Assembly: GCA_051294905.1 (NCBI GenBank)
Contig: CM119378.1
Coordinates: 19,158,001 to 19,222,000, forward strand
Origin: Botryllus schlosseri
Taxonomy: Eukaryota
Reading direction: 5' to 3'
Length of the DNA stretch: 64,000 bases
Part shown: positions 61,334 to 64,000 of the stretch, in pieces
How positions within the stretch are numbered: position 1 is the stretch's first letter
Layout: every line of letters begins with the position of its first letter
Notes under the pieces: generated by a model
Seen by the model: the letters and a program-made list of their open reading frames with translations, nothing else
Told to the model about the DNA's origin: nothing
Database searches by the model: none
Translations under genes and position numbers: made by a program

Positions 61334-61568
61334 GTGAGAGTTTTCTAGCGTGTATCTTTGTGCGTGAAATATGTATAGTATAACAGACTATTACGGCTCA
61401 AGACAATCAATACACACCTATGATTATTATTCGTCACCTTGACAAGTGACAAGGGGGCTATCACGCAATAGCCTATATCTGCCTATCTGATATAGGTGCT
61501 GATTTCAGCAAAAAAAAAACGGCATACTTCCGTAGTCTGGTTAAAAAGTAAATACTATACGACTTATC

Positions 61569-61859
61569 TAGGGGTACCATACGTCCTCTTTTAAGAGGAT
61601 TTGTCCTCTTTTTTTGACTTTTTTGAAAGTGTCCTCGGAGGATGCCCTTTTGTCCTCTTTTTTTGTGGTAAATCAGCACCGAAGTGACGCAACGGCGGGT
61701 ATATCGGGAGCTGGGCAGAAGTTGACCTTTTCTTTTTTAGTCAACCGACCACAAAGTTGGAAAAATTTACCTTTTATTGAGAATTCTTCTCCGATTTTGC
61801 AAGTCTGAAAATTCTGAGAAAGTGTCTTCTTTTCCGATTTCCAAAATATGGTAAGCCTA
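61569..61859. mobile_element. hAT-like MITE, inverted copy of the 8410-8711 family
   Basis: TAGGGGTACCATA / TATGGTAAGCCTA; GTCCTC motifs; flanks GACTTATC/GCTTATCC. Confidence 0.75.
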
Positions 61860-63497
61860 GCTTATCCAGTAATTGAATTAAAACAGCTATATATGGTTTT
61901 GGGTTCAATCACTTTTTCTTCCCGAATACCATTACCAATGCCATATACTGTGTATTCGATTAATATTGTCCATGTCGGACATTTACGAATTCACACTGTC
62001 GGTACAAGAATGTGTCCCTCGAATGTTTTCCGTAGTCCTAAGATGCCACTGAGATATTTTGGAAAAACCCAGATTGGGACTTTAGAAAAAAACATATGAA
62101 CCCAGATCCTATACTGCACTGAAATTCCTATGATATAGCTGTAAAACATAGACTTAGAGTCATCAATGACAGTTATACGAACATAAGAAGTTTTAGCCCT
62201 TGATATTGAAATCCCCACGGTCCATTTTCATACTTCACATTTTGCTCAGTTAAAGGAGCAAATCCATCAAAATATGATGTTTTCCTCTCAACACATCGCT
62301 ACGAGGCATTCGGTATGAGGGATCAATACGTGGTGTATTATTTATTCGTAATGTTCGCAACAATGCTAATCCCCATATATGATTATGCATGGCCATAGGG
62401 TAGTTCCAGAGACTGTGAGCTGACGAGGCAGATTGAAAATAGCTTTCGATTCATTAAGCCTGGGACAAACACTGTTATCTGGGATGTTTAGTCGAAAAAG
62501 AAGCTGTCAAATCATTAAATTAGGAGTACTTTTGGATTTAACAAACCTCTCTCCCTCTGAATAACTTGCCCAGGTGCCCCAAATTTCTTGCTTTGAGTGT
62601 CCCTGTTGAAAGTTGATATACTCTGTTGTCAACATGGTAAATTAGTTTGATCAAAATTTGATCTTTCCGTTGTGCATTAATTGCATACTTTGCAGCAGCC
62701 AGCAGTTACTACTAATTACTGACACACGAAGAATTTGTTGCAGCGCTAGCATTCAAGTCCTAAATCATTTTCAATTGTAAAACAACTGCTCCAGAGTTAC
62801 GCTGTGAACATGACAAGCACAAGAATCCGTCGACACTATGAGATCTTACTAATCTAAGCAATGTTTAGCCGTAAAATTGACCTGACAACATGATGTTGAA
62901 AAAAACAGATTTCAAGCACAAAAACACCCAGAAACCCAGGTGATGCTCGGAAAACCAGATCTGGGTGGAAAAACCCAGGAGTGGCATGTACAATAATGAG
63001 TTAATGTTACCCCACTATTGCTCCACTCATTAAATCCTTTGTATCTAACCGAGGAAAATCGACTATAAAATCCAAACATCAATATAATCCAATATTAATA
63101 GATGACTCCAGCGTCAAATACTGATGTCTTTTATCGGGTCCCTATGTTAATATCAAAGAATATAATTCCCGCAGACTCGCAGTTAACGTACTAGGACTAC
63201 AATGGATATTGCGAAACTGCCTACTGTATTTCATGGCTGATCAAATGGACAACTATTTCGTATTTATTGTCTATTTTCCTCTCTTTATAGCCAAATTGAA
63301 TCAAAATTCGAAATTAATTTGGAACCATGCCCAAATCAAAATCTGTGTCCTGTAGTTGACTCAGTTTCATTCAAAAGTCGTATCACCACACTAAATGATT
63401 GCATGTTCCATATCTAGTCGACCTAATTCAATTACTATTTTACTCGTACCATACCGTTCCCCGTTTATTGACCGGCATATGGGCCACTGGTCGCTAG

Positions 63498-64000
63498 TAG
63501 GCCTGGGCAAAATCGAGTACCTGAGTGATTCAATTCTGAATCACGTAGTATGCTTCGAGTCGAGTCGAGTAATCGAGTACCAACAATTATGACGTCATAA
63601 CATAATGTAATGCGTCAAAGTTCGAATAACCACCGTTTATGCCACCACAAAGAATTTAATGCCTGTTATCCATCTCATAAATGATACTTTGGTATTTTCG
63701 GACCATATCGATTTCATTCCACTTGGTGAGAATGTTGTGAGATTATCATGACTTCGGAAATGTGCTACGTCCAGTATCCTTCGTGGGTTTGTACTATATG
63801 TTTCGTATGCTACGATACCCCCAATCAAGGTGTCAAGGCTTCAACAGTGAAAATTAGTATCGAAACTATAATTCTCGTAGATAAATTAACTTTCAGCTGC
63901 TAGAAGCGCAAAATTTCAGTACTCGAAAAAATCGTATTTTACTACTCGACTCGAATCATCAAAATTATTACTCGATTCAGATTTGAGTACTCGAATCATT
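63498..64000. mobile_element. hAT-like MITE, truncated by the window end
   Basis: TAGGCCTGGGC start with TCGAGT/ACTCGA motif clusters at both 63510-63580 and 63915-64000. Confidence 0.55.

Noticed and set aside
61334-63497. Downstream sulfotransferase exons (expected HW..C.PC region)
   Set aside because: No phase-2 exon with the family motif was found. Candidates near 61741, 62251 and 62400 have stops or the wrong phase; the gene probably continues beyond the window.

Overview
Eukaryotic (invertebrate metazoan) genomic DNA with GT-AG introns and a 138-nt assembly gap; the mix of minimal 56-68 nt introns and the repeat content suggests a tunicate-like genome (inference only). Three plus-strand genes were assembled by hand using splice sites and phase continuity. 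(1) A multi-EF-hand EFCAB6-like gene (18 exons, 4893-26178, 959 aa, 5' end unresolved). (2) A complete CREB3L1/2 (OASIS/BBF2H7/CrebA-type) ER-anchored bZIP factor (14 exons, 32016-54097, 689 aa). (3) The 5' part of a type-II membrane CHST8-14-family (Sulfotransfer_2) sulfotransferase-like gene with degenerate PAPS-binding motifs (from 56719, 3' exons not found). Introns and intergenic DNA carry many hAT MITEs (Buster- and Ac-type, several nested, with readable TSDs), a tRNA-derived SINE, a Penelope GIY-YIG remnant and GG..CC MITEs with telomere-like cores. The most notable signals are a duplicated, frame-enforced mutually exclusive exon pair in the EFCAB6-like gene, a probable pseudo-sulfotransferase, and a MITE whose TSD duplicates a splice donor. 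Family assignments rest on remembered motifs; no database search was run. No prokaryotic features or CRISPR array were seen.
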